From a virus (Duplodnaviria; Heunggongvirae; Uroviricota; Caudoviricetes): a stretch of 64,000 bases of DNA. The notes beneath the pieces are model-generated. The model worked only from the letters and a program-made list of their open reading frames with translations, did no database searches and was not told the DNA's origin. The stretch lies in the IMG/VR virus record IMGVR_UViG_3300020582_000005, one strand, 5' to 3'. Of this stretch, positions 1 through 9,333 are shown in pieces. A program made the translations under genes and the position numbers. Position 1 is the first letter of the stretch. The number at the start of each line of letters is the position of its first letter.

Positions 1-276
1 TATGGTAGAAAATCTACGAAGAAAGTTAAAACTGTGACTCTTTCTACGGTTCATATGGCAAAAGGTCGAGAGTGGGATCATGTTTATGTTATTGGGGTAA
101 ATGAAGGTAGAATGCCCCATAGAGACGGAGAACTTAACGAAGAGAGACGAATATTTTTCGTCGCTTGCTCAAGAGCAGCCAAGACTCTGAGTATAAGTTA
201 TAATGGAGATCGATCTATGTTTTTAAATTCGTTCGGAGATCAAATTAAGGTTCATACAAGTGGCTTACAAAACTAA
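1..276 (+). CDS. UvrD/PcrA-like helicase, C-terminal fragment (5' end lies upstream of window)
   Basis: The reading frame is open from nt 1. The sequence ...VTLSTVHMAKGREWDHVYVIGVNEGRMPH...FFVACSRAAKTL matches the UvrD C-terminal motif VI region (TxHxAKGLEF...ACTRA). Confidence 0.7.
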   Translation, partial: YGRKSTKKVKTVTLSTVHMAKGREWDHVYVIGVNEGRMPHRDGELNEERRIFFVACSRAAKTLSISYNGDRSMFLNSFGDQIKVHTSGLQN

Positions 277-691
277 GAAGAAAGAAAAAGAGTGGCGTAA
301 AAATCACCGAGCATTACTTAGAAAATACGGCAGAGAGTGGCATATTAAACATCGTGAGCATAAACGGATGGAAGGCCAGTTATATCAGTTGCGTCTCGCT
401 TTAGCTAAACGAGGAAAGCTTTATTGTGGTTGGCCCGACGATGGATTTAGATTAGAGGTAAAACTTGGAAATGATCTTATTAAGCGAGATCAACTTAGAA
501 GGTATGCGTGGTTAGAAAAGAATAATTTAGAACACGTTAAAATACGTTTATCGCCAGGACATCAAGAGTGCTTTGAAGGAAATTACGAGGATGTGTGCAT
601 TAAAACATTTTTGAATAGGATATGTGGAAGGAGAAAAGATTACGCTCTTACTTTATGGGATAAATTACTTGAAAAAATGGGGAAGATTTAA
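260..691 (+). CDS. hypothetical basic protein
   Basis: 143-aa ORF, K/R-rich, same strand and tight packing with neighbours. Confidence 0.45.
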   Translation: MAYKTKKKEKEWRKNHRALLRKYGREWHIKHREHKRMEGQLYQLRLALAKRGKLYCGWPDDGFRLEVKLGNDLIKRDQLRRYAWLEKNNLEHVKIRLSPGHQECFEGNYEDVCIKTFLNRICGRRKDYALTLWDKLLEKMGKI

Positions 692-1066
692 ATGAACGAA
701 AGAGAATGGACAGCAGTGACACTGGCTTTCACAGACTTGTTTGACAAGTTGAAGAAGATTGCTCCAGAACAAATTAATATTGATAAGTCATACGTGGCTG
801 GAAAGATTCTTCAAGATGAGCTTAAACGAATTAGAGCCACATCAGCTCTAGAAAATTATTACATAACCAATGCTGGATGGCTTAGTTATGGCATTAGACC
901 TACAGGAATACGTAGTACAGGAATGCGTAATAGTATGGATTGGCAGAAACAAAACGAGGAGTTAGAGAAAAAGAAAGAGGCGCAACGTGCCGAAGAGTTA
1001 GGTGATTTGACACAAGCGTTAAAGTTGTCGATTGAAAAAGCCGACCGAGATCGGCAGGGGGAGTAG
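692..1066 (+). CDS. hypothetical protein
   Basis: 124-aa ORF. Its ATG overlaps the previous stop (TAAATG). Confidence 0.5.
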   Translation: MNEREWTAVTLAFTDLFDKLKKIAPEQINIDKSYVAGKILQDELKRIRATSALENYYITNAGWLSYGIRPTGIRSTGMRNSMDWQKQNEELEKKKEAQRAEELGDLTQALKLSIEKADRDRQGE

Positions 1067-2187
1067 TGGCATTTTTATATATTAATACGAAAGGAAAACC
1101 TCACAGAAAGCACAGTTATAGTGCGGGAAACGAATATGATCAGTGTCCACTTAAGTACTATCTACGCCGTATTGGTGGCTGGCGAGAAATTGAAAATAAA
1201 GCACGTTTTCTTTTCGGACGTGCGCTTGAAGAATCTATTCAGTGGCATCATGATCACGAAGGAATAGGTGCTCTTGAGGATTTTCAACATCGGTGGGCGC
1301 AACATAAAGATCGAAAGGATTTGCTGTATACCGCTACAGAGAAGGATTGGGAAACGCTGAATCTTGACGGTCAAGAAATGATCAAGTTGTATCAGATCAT
1401 GCAGCCTAAACTTCCAATTCCTCTCGGCGGTTGTTCTGTCTTTCAACGAGAGATAGCCAAGGAAGTATTTCCCGGTGATCCTAATTACGGGGAGATTGAG
1501 GATGCAGGTAAGTTGGATATTATAACTTATGTTCAGCCTGACCATCCTATGCTTGAAACTGTCGTTTGGAATACTCAGGATGGAGTATATCGTCCTCTGA
1601 TCGTTGATATTAAGACTAGCGGTATAGATTTTCCAGAACAATCTGGCATAGCTTCATTTGATACACAGCTTAGACGGTACTCTTGGCTATCAGGTATCCG
1701 AGACGTTGCTTTGTTAGTCTTCAAGAAAACCGGACGGTCATTACGAAAAGGAAGTCGAGTCACGTTGTTGGGTGATGCTCATTCGGCAAAGTTTAAAATA
1801 GACTATGAAGCTGGTCAGGAAGTTTTTATCGCTGAAGCTGGAGAAGAGACAAGTTTGATTGTACCTAGTGAAAATCTAGGAAAAGAGTACGGTATTCCAG
1901 TACCGAACTTTATCTTGACTCGACAGCGGTTACAATTCCTGACAGGTCGAGTCACAGAGAAATCTGCCATGGAAGCAGGAGAAATAGCAGCCCGGCAGAT
2001 AGTTCAGATTGTAAACTCGTGGAAGAACAATTCTTGGCCGAATACCTTCGGCATAAGATATCCTCATGATGATCGAAATGATCCTTATTTTCGAGCATTT
2101 GTTCTTGAGGATCAGATGTTTAAAGAACAAAATTTTACAAAGACGGACGAAGAAAATTTCGACGACCTACTAGAGGATAATGAATGA
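1066..2187 (+). CDS. PD-(D/E)XK RecB-family (Cas4-like) nuclease
   Basis: Motifs GKLDIITY (D), LIVDIKTSG (D-x-K) and QLRRYSWL (QhxxY) occur in the order expected for RecB/Cas4 nucleases. It sits directly downstream of the helicase fragment. Confidence 0.65.
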   Translation: MAFLYINTKGKPHRKHSYSAGNEYDQCPLKYYLRRIGGWREIENKARFLFGRALEESIQWHHDHEGIGALEDFQHRWAQHKDRKDLLYTATEKDWETLNLDGQEMIKLYQIMQPKLPIPLGGCSVFQREIAKEVFPGDPNYGEIEDAGKLDIITYVQPDHPMLETVVWNTQDGVYRPLIVDIKTSGIDFPEQSGIASFDTQLRRYSWLSGIRDVALLVFKKTGRSLRKGSRVTLLGDAHSAKFKIDYEAGQEVFIAEAGEETSLIVPSENLGKEYGIPVPNFILTRQRLQFLTGRVTEKSAMEAGEIAARQIVQIVNSWKNNSWPNTFGIRYPHDDRNDPYFRAFVLEDQMFKEQNFTKTDEENFDDLLEDNE

Positions 2188-2474
2188 AAATTCAATGCAG
2201 AATTAAAGATTGTCCATCATTTATTGAAGTAGAGAACGCTACGGAGAATACGACGTATCTATGTAGTAAACACCCGGAGCATGATCAAAATAAGGCGATA
2301 GGACGGAAACGAAAAACTCAAGAAGAAGTTTCATTTCAAGATCGTCAATTTGATCCCGATCTTAGACGATCAGTTAAACCTTTGGGTACAAATCATGTTC
2401 GTCGTCAAGGAAATCAGACGAACGAATTTGTCGGACGACAATTAAATGAATTGCTTTTGACTAATTTGATCTAA
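2184..2474 (+). CDS. hypothetical protein (Cys/His-containing)
   Basis: 96-aa ORF with ATGA overlap to the upstream gene. Confidence 0.45.
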   Translation: MKIQCRIKDCPSFIEVENATENTTYLCSKHPEHDQNKAIGRKRKTQEEVSFQDRQFDPDLRRSVKPLGTNHVRRQGNQTNEFVGRQLNELLLTNLI

Positions 2475-2475
2475 T

Positions 2476-2874
2476 ATGCCTAATCTGAGAGACACATTTA
2501 GTGAATTACGAACGGTTATGGATGGTTCTGATCCGTTTATGACTGACGGGCATCAGATTATCTCGCCACGATCAGATTCAAGAAAGAAGGTTCCAGCATG
2601 GAGTAAGGATGACGATGCCGTTAAGAAACTATTGTTGTGTTCTTTCCCTAAGTTGAAAACTAACATAAAGCACCGAGCCGGGGCGGCTCGTTGGATGCGA
2701 ATAATTCATATGTATTATCGGGTTGGATTGACCGTTGGACATATAGCCGAAGAATTACATGCTAAACCTAATGTAATTAAAAGAGTTTTGATTAGTATAA
2801 GACGAGCGGCAAACGGAAAGAGTGCTGCCAAGGGATTAGCACGTCAAAAAAGGGGGCGACCGGCTAAAATTTAA
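2476..2874 (+). CDS. hypothetical protein with possible C-terminal HTH
   Basis: 132 aa. The segment GHIAEELHAKPNVIKRVLISIRRA looks HTH-like, followed by a basic tail. Confidence 0.4.
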   Translation: MPNLRDTFSELRTVMDGSDPFMTDGHQIISPRSDSRKKVPAWSKDDDAVKKLLLCSFPKLKTNIKHRAGAARWMRIIHMYYRVGLTVGHIAEELHAKPNVIKRVLISIRRAANGKSAAKGLARQKRGRPAKI

Positions 2875-2938
2875 TCGTGTACCTACTGCGACCACTATGG
2901 GAAGAATGTTAAGCTTCCTCTAGGAGAAGTGTGCAAGA

Positions 2939-3682
2939 ATGGGTGTTATTGTAAAGTCTGTATTAGTTCATTCGTGTGAAAAGGAAGCTATAAGTTATCC
3001 CGAGGCGAGCCTTCAAGTAGGTAAAAAGTACGTTCTTGATGGTATCGATCCAAAAGAAATGAGTATTATTCCGTTAGACGGGACGAAGTTTTACTTCGCT
3101 TTGGACGAAAATAGGACCGTTAACGGGGTTAAAATTCGAGGAAAATGTAACTGTCGTAAGTTTGAAACGTATTCTTACTCGGAGAGTTTGTTTGCCATCG
3201 GTGGAGCTAAAGCGGTTTGGACGTTGAATTTAAAGAAGCACCGAATGGAGTTGTTTACCGAGCGAAGATATGAAACAGAAACTGTCAATGGTGAAAAACG
3301 AAGAACCGGCACAATGCAGCTTATTTTTCACGTGTGGCGACGACAGCAGCCTAGAGTGCCCCGAGTAGATTTGATTACGCAAGAGGATATAGAAAGAGCT
3401 TATATAGATGGTCGGCATTTTTATATAGATCACATTGAAAATGTACATGATTTGTATATGTTAAATCGTTTAGATTTATTCGCTCCTGAAGTGGCCCAAG
3501 ATTTGAAACGTCTTTATCATGCAGATCAGAACAAAACTAGAATTGTTCACGGCAAGGAAAGAAAACAGTTAGAAAATAAAGCCGATGAAATTAAGCGAAA
3601 AGGTTTCAAGGATGATCCAACAGAAGGTCGATTAATCTTTCCCTTTCCGAATGATGATCGGACACCTGGAGGACATAAATAA
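2939..3682 (+). CDS. hypothetical protein
   Basis: 247-aa ORF. Confidence 0.5.
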   Translation: MGVIVKSVLVHSCEKEAISYPEASLQVGKKYVLDGIDPKEMSIIPLDGTKFYFALDENRTVNGVKIRGKCNCRKFETYSYSESLFAIGGAKAVWTLNLKKHRMELFTERRYETETVNGEKRRTGTMQLIFHVWRRQQPRVPRVDLITQEDIERAYIDGRHFYIDHIENVHDLYMLNRLDLFAPEVAQDLKRLYHADQNKTRIVHGKERKQLENKADEIKRKGFKDDPTEGRLIFPFPNDDRTPGGHK

Positions 3683-4137
3683 TGGAACCGCACGAAGAAG
3701 CTTTAGGAAAATTGCAAAATGAATATGAACGTACGGAAATTCAGAATGCCATAGATAGATTTAGAGAAAAATATCACAATAAGTCTTTTTCTGGTCGGCA
3801 CCCTGAGTTAGGTCGTATGATCAATTGTCCTATATGCGACCGTCGTCATAGAACTTCTGAAATCTGTCTACAGAGATTCGCTAAAACTGAGGAAGGTGTT
3901 GAGTTAGTAGCCCGAGGGCACGGTCACGGAAAAGGTCGAATTAATCGGCACTGGAATAAACGAAGTCTTGAACTGGTTGATTTGACACGTAAACTAATTA
4001 TTTTTTATCCTAATGGTAATGAAGATGTTAAGAAAGCTCGTTCGGCTGCTATGAATGCACTTCGAAAAAAGTGGCACGCACGTAGTCAACAAATTCAGCA
4101 TCAGCAGAAGTTGTCTAGAAAAATTAATAGAGGGTAG
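3682..4137 (+). CDS. hypothetical protein (CxxC...C pair, basic)
   Basis: 151-aa ORF with NCPICDRRHRTSEIC. Confidence 0.5.
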   Translation: MEPHEEALGKLQNEYERTEIQNAIDRFREKYHNKSFSGRHPELGRMINCPICDRRHRTSEICLQRFAKTEEGVELVARGHGHGKGRINRHWNKRSLELVDLTRKLIIFYPNGNEDVKKARSAAMNALRKKWHARSQQIQHQQKLSRKINRG

Positions 4138-4138
4138 A

Positions 4139-4366
4139 ATGTCGGTCACGGATCACGAATTCGAAATAAGAGAATTACATGCCAGAGAAGAGTGTGAAAC
4201 TCTTGGCGTTATTGGGAAGACAGGGAAGCCGGATCATTGGTTTAACGCTTCTTTACGAGAATGCTTTGCTCGTGATAAGAAGTCTGGGGCTATTAATTGG
4301 CAGCAGACTCTAGAGCTTCGAAAGAAGTTAGTTGCTGGATATGAAAAGAGGAAAGAGCGTGGCTAG
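4139..4366 (+). CDS. hypothetical protein
   Basis: An internal ATG at 4139 (MSVTDHEF) avoids overlap with the previous gene. The 4055 start given by the ORF track overlaps that gene. Confidence 0.4.
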   Translation: MSVTDHEFEIRELHAREECETLGVIGKTGKPDHWFNASLRECFARDKKSGAINWQQTLELRKKLVAGYEKRKERG

Positions 4367-5138
4367 CCCATTTACAAATATCGCTATCGGTATAAAAACA
4401 TTTTTGAGAGACGAGCATTTGGAAGTGGCTGTTAAAGGTATTCTTCATAATATGCCCGGTGCTCAAATTATCGTAGCTGACGATGGAAGAATGACTCCAG
4501 CGAAATCTTTATTTTATGATAATCTTAGATATTGGGGACATTATGTTATGTATATGCCTTATGACTCTGGTTTTGGAGCTAAAAGTAATGTCATATCGCA
4601 AGCAAATGAACATCCTTATCTCCTGATAGGATCAGATGATTTTGATTTTACATATGAAGCAGCGGAAGGTGTATTGAAGTTGCAAAGTATTCTGGATAAC
4701 AATCCAGAAATAGCCGTTGCTAGTGGCCGAGTTAGAAATCGTCCTTATGAGTTTCTTCTAGAGGAAAAGGATGGAGTCATCACGGAACACCCTCTTGATG
4801 TTGATATTAATGGTCGTGGGCAGTCGTTCATAGAGTGTGACCTGACTGTCAATTATTCTCTGATTAGAAAGAAAGTTTTCAATTTTGTGCGATGGGATGA
4901 TGATGTCAAGATCGGTGGTGGTGAGCACGGGGCGTGGTTCTTAGATGTTAAGAGGGCGGGATTTAAAGTGGCCTATGTACCAGGAGTAAATATTAATGAA
5001 CAAAATCGTCCGAGTTCTCAAGAGTATCGGAAATATCGTGCTAGAGCACATTCTCCGAAGCGTCCTTGTTTTGAGCGAAGAGGTATCAAGCGTTACATCC
5101 TTGGAAATGGACAGGTAGATTACGATGCCATCAGTTAA
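4332..5138 (+). CDS. glycosyltransferase family 2-like
   Basis: The N-terminal IAIGIKTF...ADDG and GSDDFDF (DxD) follow the GT2 pattern. The start could be 4332 or 4341. Confidence 0.6.
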   Translation: MLDMKRGKSVASPFTNIAIGIKTFLRDEHLEVAVKGILHNMPGAQIIVADDGRMTPAKSLFYDNLRYWGHYVMYMPYDSGFGAKSNVISQANEHPYLLIGSDDFDFTYEAAEGVLKLQSILDNNPEIAVASGRVRNRPYEFLLEEKDGVITEHPLDVDINGRGQSFIECDLTVNYSLIRKKVFNFVRWDDDVKIGGGEHGAWFLDVKRAGFKVAYVPGVNINEQNRPSSQEYRKYRARAHSPKRPCFERRGIKRYILGNGQVDYDAIS

Positions 5139-5535
5139 ATCTTATCAGAATCGCAAGAAAGAAATTGAAAGTCTTCGACATCTTCTTCAACAGTACGAAG
5201 TGTATTTGAAAAATAAGGACATGAGAATATGCCAACTAGAGGGACAGTTAAATCACTATGCTGGTGTGTTAGCCGATAATTTAGCTTTTCAAATTCAACC
5301 GCCTTTTATTGTAAATACAAAAGAAGCGGAGTTGCTTAAGAAGGAAATTGAAGCATTGAAAGTGACGTTGCGTCTTTATCGAGAGTACATCTTGAAGACT
5401 TATCACGACGCAGATTTCATAGATTTGATGGAAATTCCTAGTTGTTTGAAACCGTTTGACGCTATTAAATACGCCGGGGAGAAAAGTTTGTGGCTTTACA
5501 ATGGAGAAAATAATGGACCTGATAATAAGTCATAA
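5125..5535 (+). CDS. hypothetical coiled-coil protein
   Basis: 136 aa with heptad-like charged repeats. Confidence 0.45.
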   Translation: MPSVKSYQNRKKEIESLRHLLQQYEVYLKNKDMRICQLEGQLNHYAGVLADNLAFQIQPPFIVNTKEAELLKKEIEALKVTLRLYREYILKTYHDADFIDLMEIPSCLKPFDAIKYAGEKSLWLYNGENNGPDNKS

Positions 5536-6496
5536 ATCGTGTCCTGACGGCTTCTGTGCTTCGTTCATAGCACATAAGCGATATCCCGAGGCTGAAATTC
5601 TCCCGTTGAATCACGGTGATCCTCTGCCTATTGAACAGGTTAGAGGGAAAGATGTCATCGTTTTAGATTTTTCTTGGAAACGTCGAGAAGATAATGAAGC
5701 TGTCGCTGCTTCAGCCAAGTCAATCTGGATTTTAGACCATCATAAAACATCTCTTCAAGCTTGCCAGGGTTTACCATATGCTACGTTTGACATGAGTCGA
5801 TCTGGTGCCGGGTTGACGTGGGATTATCTTTTCGGCAAAGATTCTCCACGAGCACAGGACGCAGCAAATTGCTCTGTTGTGGATATGTATAAATACAATA
5901 AAATTCTTGAAGAGATGAGACGCCCTTGGTACGTTAATTATATCGAGGATTACGATCTGTGGAATCATAAATTAATAAGCACTGAGGAAGTTAACGCCTT
6001 TTTGCATTCGTTAAATTTCGACTTCGCTGAGTGGGAAGAACTCGATAATATACACTGGCTTGATGCAGCAGAGCGTGGTAAGTATGTGGTTCGTAACAAT
6101 GAACGTCGAGTTAAATTAGCACTACAGCAAGCTTTTGAAGGACGGTTAGTAATTAACCCAGGAGGATTCGATCCAGAAGCTTTTTCGTGCGATTACTCGG
6201 TGAAAATAGTCAATACTCAATATACGGATGCTTCTGAAGTCGGAGCAGCATTAGTTGAATCGGGCGCAGATATCGGCTTGACTTGGTTTGAACGTGGCGA
6301 TGGAATGATTCAGTTCAGTCTTCGATCTTTAAAAGGCGGTCCTGTAGATGTTTCTAAAGTAGCTGCACTTATCGCACCTGGAGTCGGTGGTGGGCATCAG
6401 TCGGCGTCCGGAGCACCATTACCAATTTATCAGGGGCGAGCATTGATCGACTCTATTTTGAATCGAAAGTGTGGATTGGGAGTAAAGTTTCAGTGA
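5501..6496 (+). CDS. DHH/DHHA1-family phosphoesterase (NrnA/RecJ-like)
   Basis: Contains DGD...ILDHHKT (DHH motif) and GVGGGHQSASGA (GGGH motif). Start is placed at MEKIMDL, though 5513 is also possible. The ORF-track start at 5456 overlaps the upstream gene. Confidence 0.75.
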   Translation: MEKIMDLIISHKSCPDGFCASFIAHKRYPEAEILPLNHGDPLPIEQVRGKDVIVLDFSWKRREDNEAVAASAKSIWILDHHKTSLQACQGLPYATFDMSRSGAGLTWDYLFGKDSPRAQDAANCSVVDMYKYNKILEEMRRPWYVNYIEDYDLWNHKLISTEEVNAFLHSLNFDFAEWEELDNIHWLDAAERGKYVVRNNERRVKLALQQAFEGRLVINPGGFDPEAFSCDYSVKIVNTQYTDASEVGAALVESGADIGLTWFERGDGMIQFSLRSLKGGPVDVSKVAALIAPGVGGGHQSASGAPLPIYQGRALIDSILNRKCGLGVKFQ

Positions 6497-7173
6497 GAAC
6501 GTTGATAGCAGTAAAGTCGTGTCACGATGATCTAGATAAGGGTTGTCACGATACTATTAAACAAACTTGGGGTAAAAATGTTCAATGTGATTTACGTTTC
6601 TTCGTGGGTCAGAAAGTTGGAACACCTTGGAGATGGGGCGGTCTTTTAGATACTATTTATTTAGACGTGAAAGACGATTATAATAGTTTGCCTCAAAAAA
6701 CAAAACGAATCCTTCAGTGGTCTTTTGGGAGGGATTACGATTTTATATTTCTTTGCGATGTAGACACATTCTTGATCCCGTATAAATTATTTCAAACTGA
6801 TTTTCAGAAATTTGATTATTCGGGACGATTTGGTTCTTCGCCCAAGATAGGGTCTACTTTTCACTTTAAGGATGGAAGAGGAATTCATCACTTTCATTGC
6901 CACCCGTGGGCGTCAGGGGGATTTGGGTATGCGCTGTCCCGTAAAGCAGCTGAAATAGTTATTCGTACAGAATCTGGAATGTGGGCCGAGGACATGATGG
7001 TCGGCAATTGTCTTGGCCCTGAGATTCAGTCTGGTAATGTGACGGCGAGTGATTTAATGAGATTCGAGAATGAAGCAAGCTGGCATTATCCGGCGCATAA
7101 ACTTGGGTGGACTCGGGAACGAATGAAACTGTGGATGTGTGAAATGTATAAGGAGCATTTCTTTGATAGTTAG
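6469..7173 (+). CDS. Fringe-like (GT31-like DxD) glycosyltransferase, paralog 1
   Basis: Shares D..KIKQTWGK, YDFIFLCDVDTF.IP, FDYSGR, GGFGYALSRKAAE and WHY motifs with the ORFs at 12646, 13308 and 15678. Confidence 0.55.
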   Translation: MWIGSKVSVRTLIAVKSCHDDLDKGCHDTIKQTWGKNVQCDLRFFVGQKVGTPWRWGGLLDTIYLDVKDDYNSLPQKTKRILQWSFGRDYDFIFLCDVDTFLIPYKLFQTDFQKFDYSGRFGSSPKIGSTFHFKDGRGIHHFHCHPWASGGFGYALSRKAAEIVIRTESGMWAEDMMVGNCLGPEIQSGNVTASDLMRFENEASWHYPAHKLGWTRERMKLWMCEMYKEHFFDS

Positions 7174-7918
7174 ATTAACTGGTGGCTTAGGAAATCAGTT
7201 GTTCATGTACGCATTCGGAAGATCAGTTGCAGCGATAGCTAATGAACCTTTGAAGTTTCATTGGTGTCGTTCAACGTGGGATTATGCTCTTGAACCCTTT
7301 CATCTTCCAATAATACTAGGTTCTCCTGATGGAGCGGAGCTTACATATGAAGAGTCAGGATTCTTTTACGATTCAAAAATAGCTAGTGGAATAAGGGTAT
7401 CTTCCAGACCTCGTCCATGTGAAAGAATTTATTTTCGTGGTTATTGGCAGAGCGAAAAATATTTCAATGTAGATTTGATTAGAAAAGATTTCGATTGGTG
7501 GGTTAACTCTCCGCTGAGAGTACAGTTTAGAAACAAAGCCTTCATTCACGTCCGTCGTGGTGATTATCTAAATCGAGGTACTAAGGAATTCCATGGATCG
7601 CTTCCATTGGAATATTATCAAGCGGCAGTTGCCTATATTAAAGAGCGTGTTCCTGATATAACTTTTGAAGTCTTTACAGATGATCCCGACATGAAAGAGT
7701 TCATGGGTTATCCTGTAGTTTCAACTGGAAATCAGCATCTAGATTTACACACGATGACTAAGTATTCTCATGCAATCTTGGCTAACTCTACATTTTCGTG
7801 GTTCGGGGCATGGTTAGGCGAGCATTCAAGTCAAATTGTTATAGCTCCAAAGAAATGGTTTCAAGATGAAACAATTAATACTTCTGATTTAGTACCTGAT
7901 CGCTGGATAAGGATTTAA
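7139..7918 (+). CDS. GT11 alpha-1,2-fucosyltransferase-like
   Basis: N-terminal IVRLTGGLGNQLFMYAF and the signature FIHVRRGDYL of GT11 FutC/WbsJ-type enzymes. Confidence 0.8.
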   Translation: MKCIRSISLIVRLTGGLGNQLFMYAFGRSVAAIANEPLKFHWCRSTWDYALEPFHLPIILGSPDGAELTYEESGFFYDSKIASGIRVSSRPRPCERIYFRGYWQSEKYFNVDLIRKDFDWWVNSPLRVQFRNKAFIHVRRGDYLNRGTKEFHGSLPLEYYQAAVAYIKERVPDITFEVFTDDPDMKEFMGYPVVSTGNQHLDLHTMTKYSHAILANSTFSWFGAWLGEHSSQIVIAPKKWFQDETINTSDLVPDRWIRI

Positions 7919-7921
7919 ATT

Positions 7922-8374
7922 ATGTCGTCTCAAACTTATAGAGAAACACACCGAGAAATCAATAAAATTAAACAAAGGGAGTGGAGAGCGGCTAATCGAG
8001 AGCACCATCGTGCATATTCACGAAAATACAGTAAAGAACATCCTGAACGACGTAAAGCACAATAAAAGAAGTTACCAGCTAGATACGCTCGTTTGAAGGC
8101 TCACGCTAAAAGTTATGAATTGATTTGTTCAATTTCTTTTGAGCAATACAAATCATTAATAGAGAATCCCTGTTATTATTGCGGAGAAAAATTAGCACTA
8201 TTGCAAACCGGCAGTGGATTAGATCGTATTAATTCTTCCGAAGGTTATACACTTGAAAATCTTCGTGCCTGTTGTATGATATGTAATCAAGCTAAAAATG
8301 TACGTTCAGAAAATGAATTTAGAGAATGGGTAAATAAAATTTACCACTATTGGATTAGCAAGGTGTCTTTATGA
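7922..8374 (+). pseudogene. HNH endonuclease interrupted by an in-frame TAA (N-part 7922-8065, HNH part 8066-8374)
   Basis: ATG at 7922 encodes MSSQTYRETHREINKIKQREWRAANREHHRAYSRKYSKEHPERRKAQ. A TAA follows at 8063-8065, and the same frame continues KKLPARYARLKAHAKSYEL...CYYCGEKLAL...LDRINSSEGYTLENLRACCMICNQAKN (HNH). The downstream part has no in-frame ATG before the HNH motif. Confidence 0.55.
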
Positions 8375-9333
8375 AACGAGCTTTAATTACCGGGGTTTCC
8401 GGACAAACAGGATCGTATTTAGCGGAGTCGCTTCTCGAAAAGGGATATGAAGTTCATGGAATTATACGTCGATCTAGTTCATTAAATACGGGTCGCATAG
8501 ACCATATTTTTAATGATCTACATCTTCATTATGGAGATTTGACCGACGCCAATTCTATTCGTCATATTGTTCAGGAGTCGAAACCAGACGAAGTGTATAA
8601 TCTTGGCGCACAATCACATGTTAAAGTTTCATTTGAGTTGCCGGTTTATACTGCCGAAGCTACCGGTCTAGGTGCTTTGAATATGTTAGAAGCTACTACT
8701 CAATATGGTCACGCTAAATTTTATCAAGCCTCATCAAGTGAGTTATTCGGAAAAGTTGTCGAAACTCCTCAGAAAGAAACTACTCCGTTCTGGCCACGTA
8801 GTCCTTACGGCATCGCAAAACAATTCGCATATTGGAGTACGGTGAACTATCGTGAAGCTTATAATATGTTTGCTTGTAATGGGATTCTTTTTAATCATGA
8901 GTCGCCTCGTAGAGGTGATACGTTTGTCACACAGAAAATAGTCAAAGCAGCTGTTCGGATCACTCAAGGTAAGCAGGACAAACTTTTCCTAGGTAATCTG
9001 GATGCCCGAAGGGATTGGGGCTACGCCAAGGATTATGTTGAGGCTATGTGGCTTATGCTTCAACAAGATAAACCAGATGATTACGTGATCGCCACGGGCG
9101 AAACCCACTCCATAAAAGAGTTCTTGACAGAAGCCTTCAGCTATGTTAATCTAGACTGGACTAAGTATGTAGAGATCGATTCTAAGTATTATCGCCCCGC
9201 TGAAGTGGATTTGTTATTGGGAGACGCTTCAAAGGCTAGACGACAGTTAGGTTGGGAGCCACGAGTGAAGTTTAAAGAGTTGGTTAAAATTATGATGGAA
9301 GCGGAGTTAAATGCTCGATCTTTTAATTCGTGA
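8371..9333 (+). CDS. gmd: GDP-mannose 4,6-dehydratase
   Basis: Near end-to-end similarity to bacterial Gmd: [74 protein letters not shown]. Confidence 0.95.
   Translation: MKRALITGVSGQTGSYLAESLLEKGYEVHGIIRRSSSLNTGRIDHIFNDLHLHYGDLTDANSIRHIVQESKPDEVYNLGAQSHVKVSFELPVYTAEATGLGALNMLEATTQYGHAKFYQASSSELFGKVVETPQKETTPFWPRSPYGIAKQFAYWSTVNYREAYNMFACNGILFNHESPRRGDTFVTQKIVKAAVRITQGKQDKLFLGNLDARRDWGYAKDYVEAMWLMLQQDKPDDYVIATGETHSIKEFLTEAFSYVNLDWTKYVEIDSKYYRPAEVDLLLGDASKARRQLGWEPRVKFKELVKIMMEAELNARSFNS

Noticed and set aside
1162-2130. Minus-strand ORFs (1162-1641, 1575-1763, 1930-2130) antisense to the nuclease gene
   Set aside because: They lie entirely inside a well-supported plus-strand CDS, have no RBS or motif, and are typical antisense shadows.
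8063-8065. Genome-wide stop-codon recoding (TAA read as sense)
   Set aside because: Only this one in-frame TAA was seen. All other genes terminate normally at TAA, TAG and TGA with sensible lengths, so a local pseudogene or error is more parsimonious.
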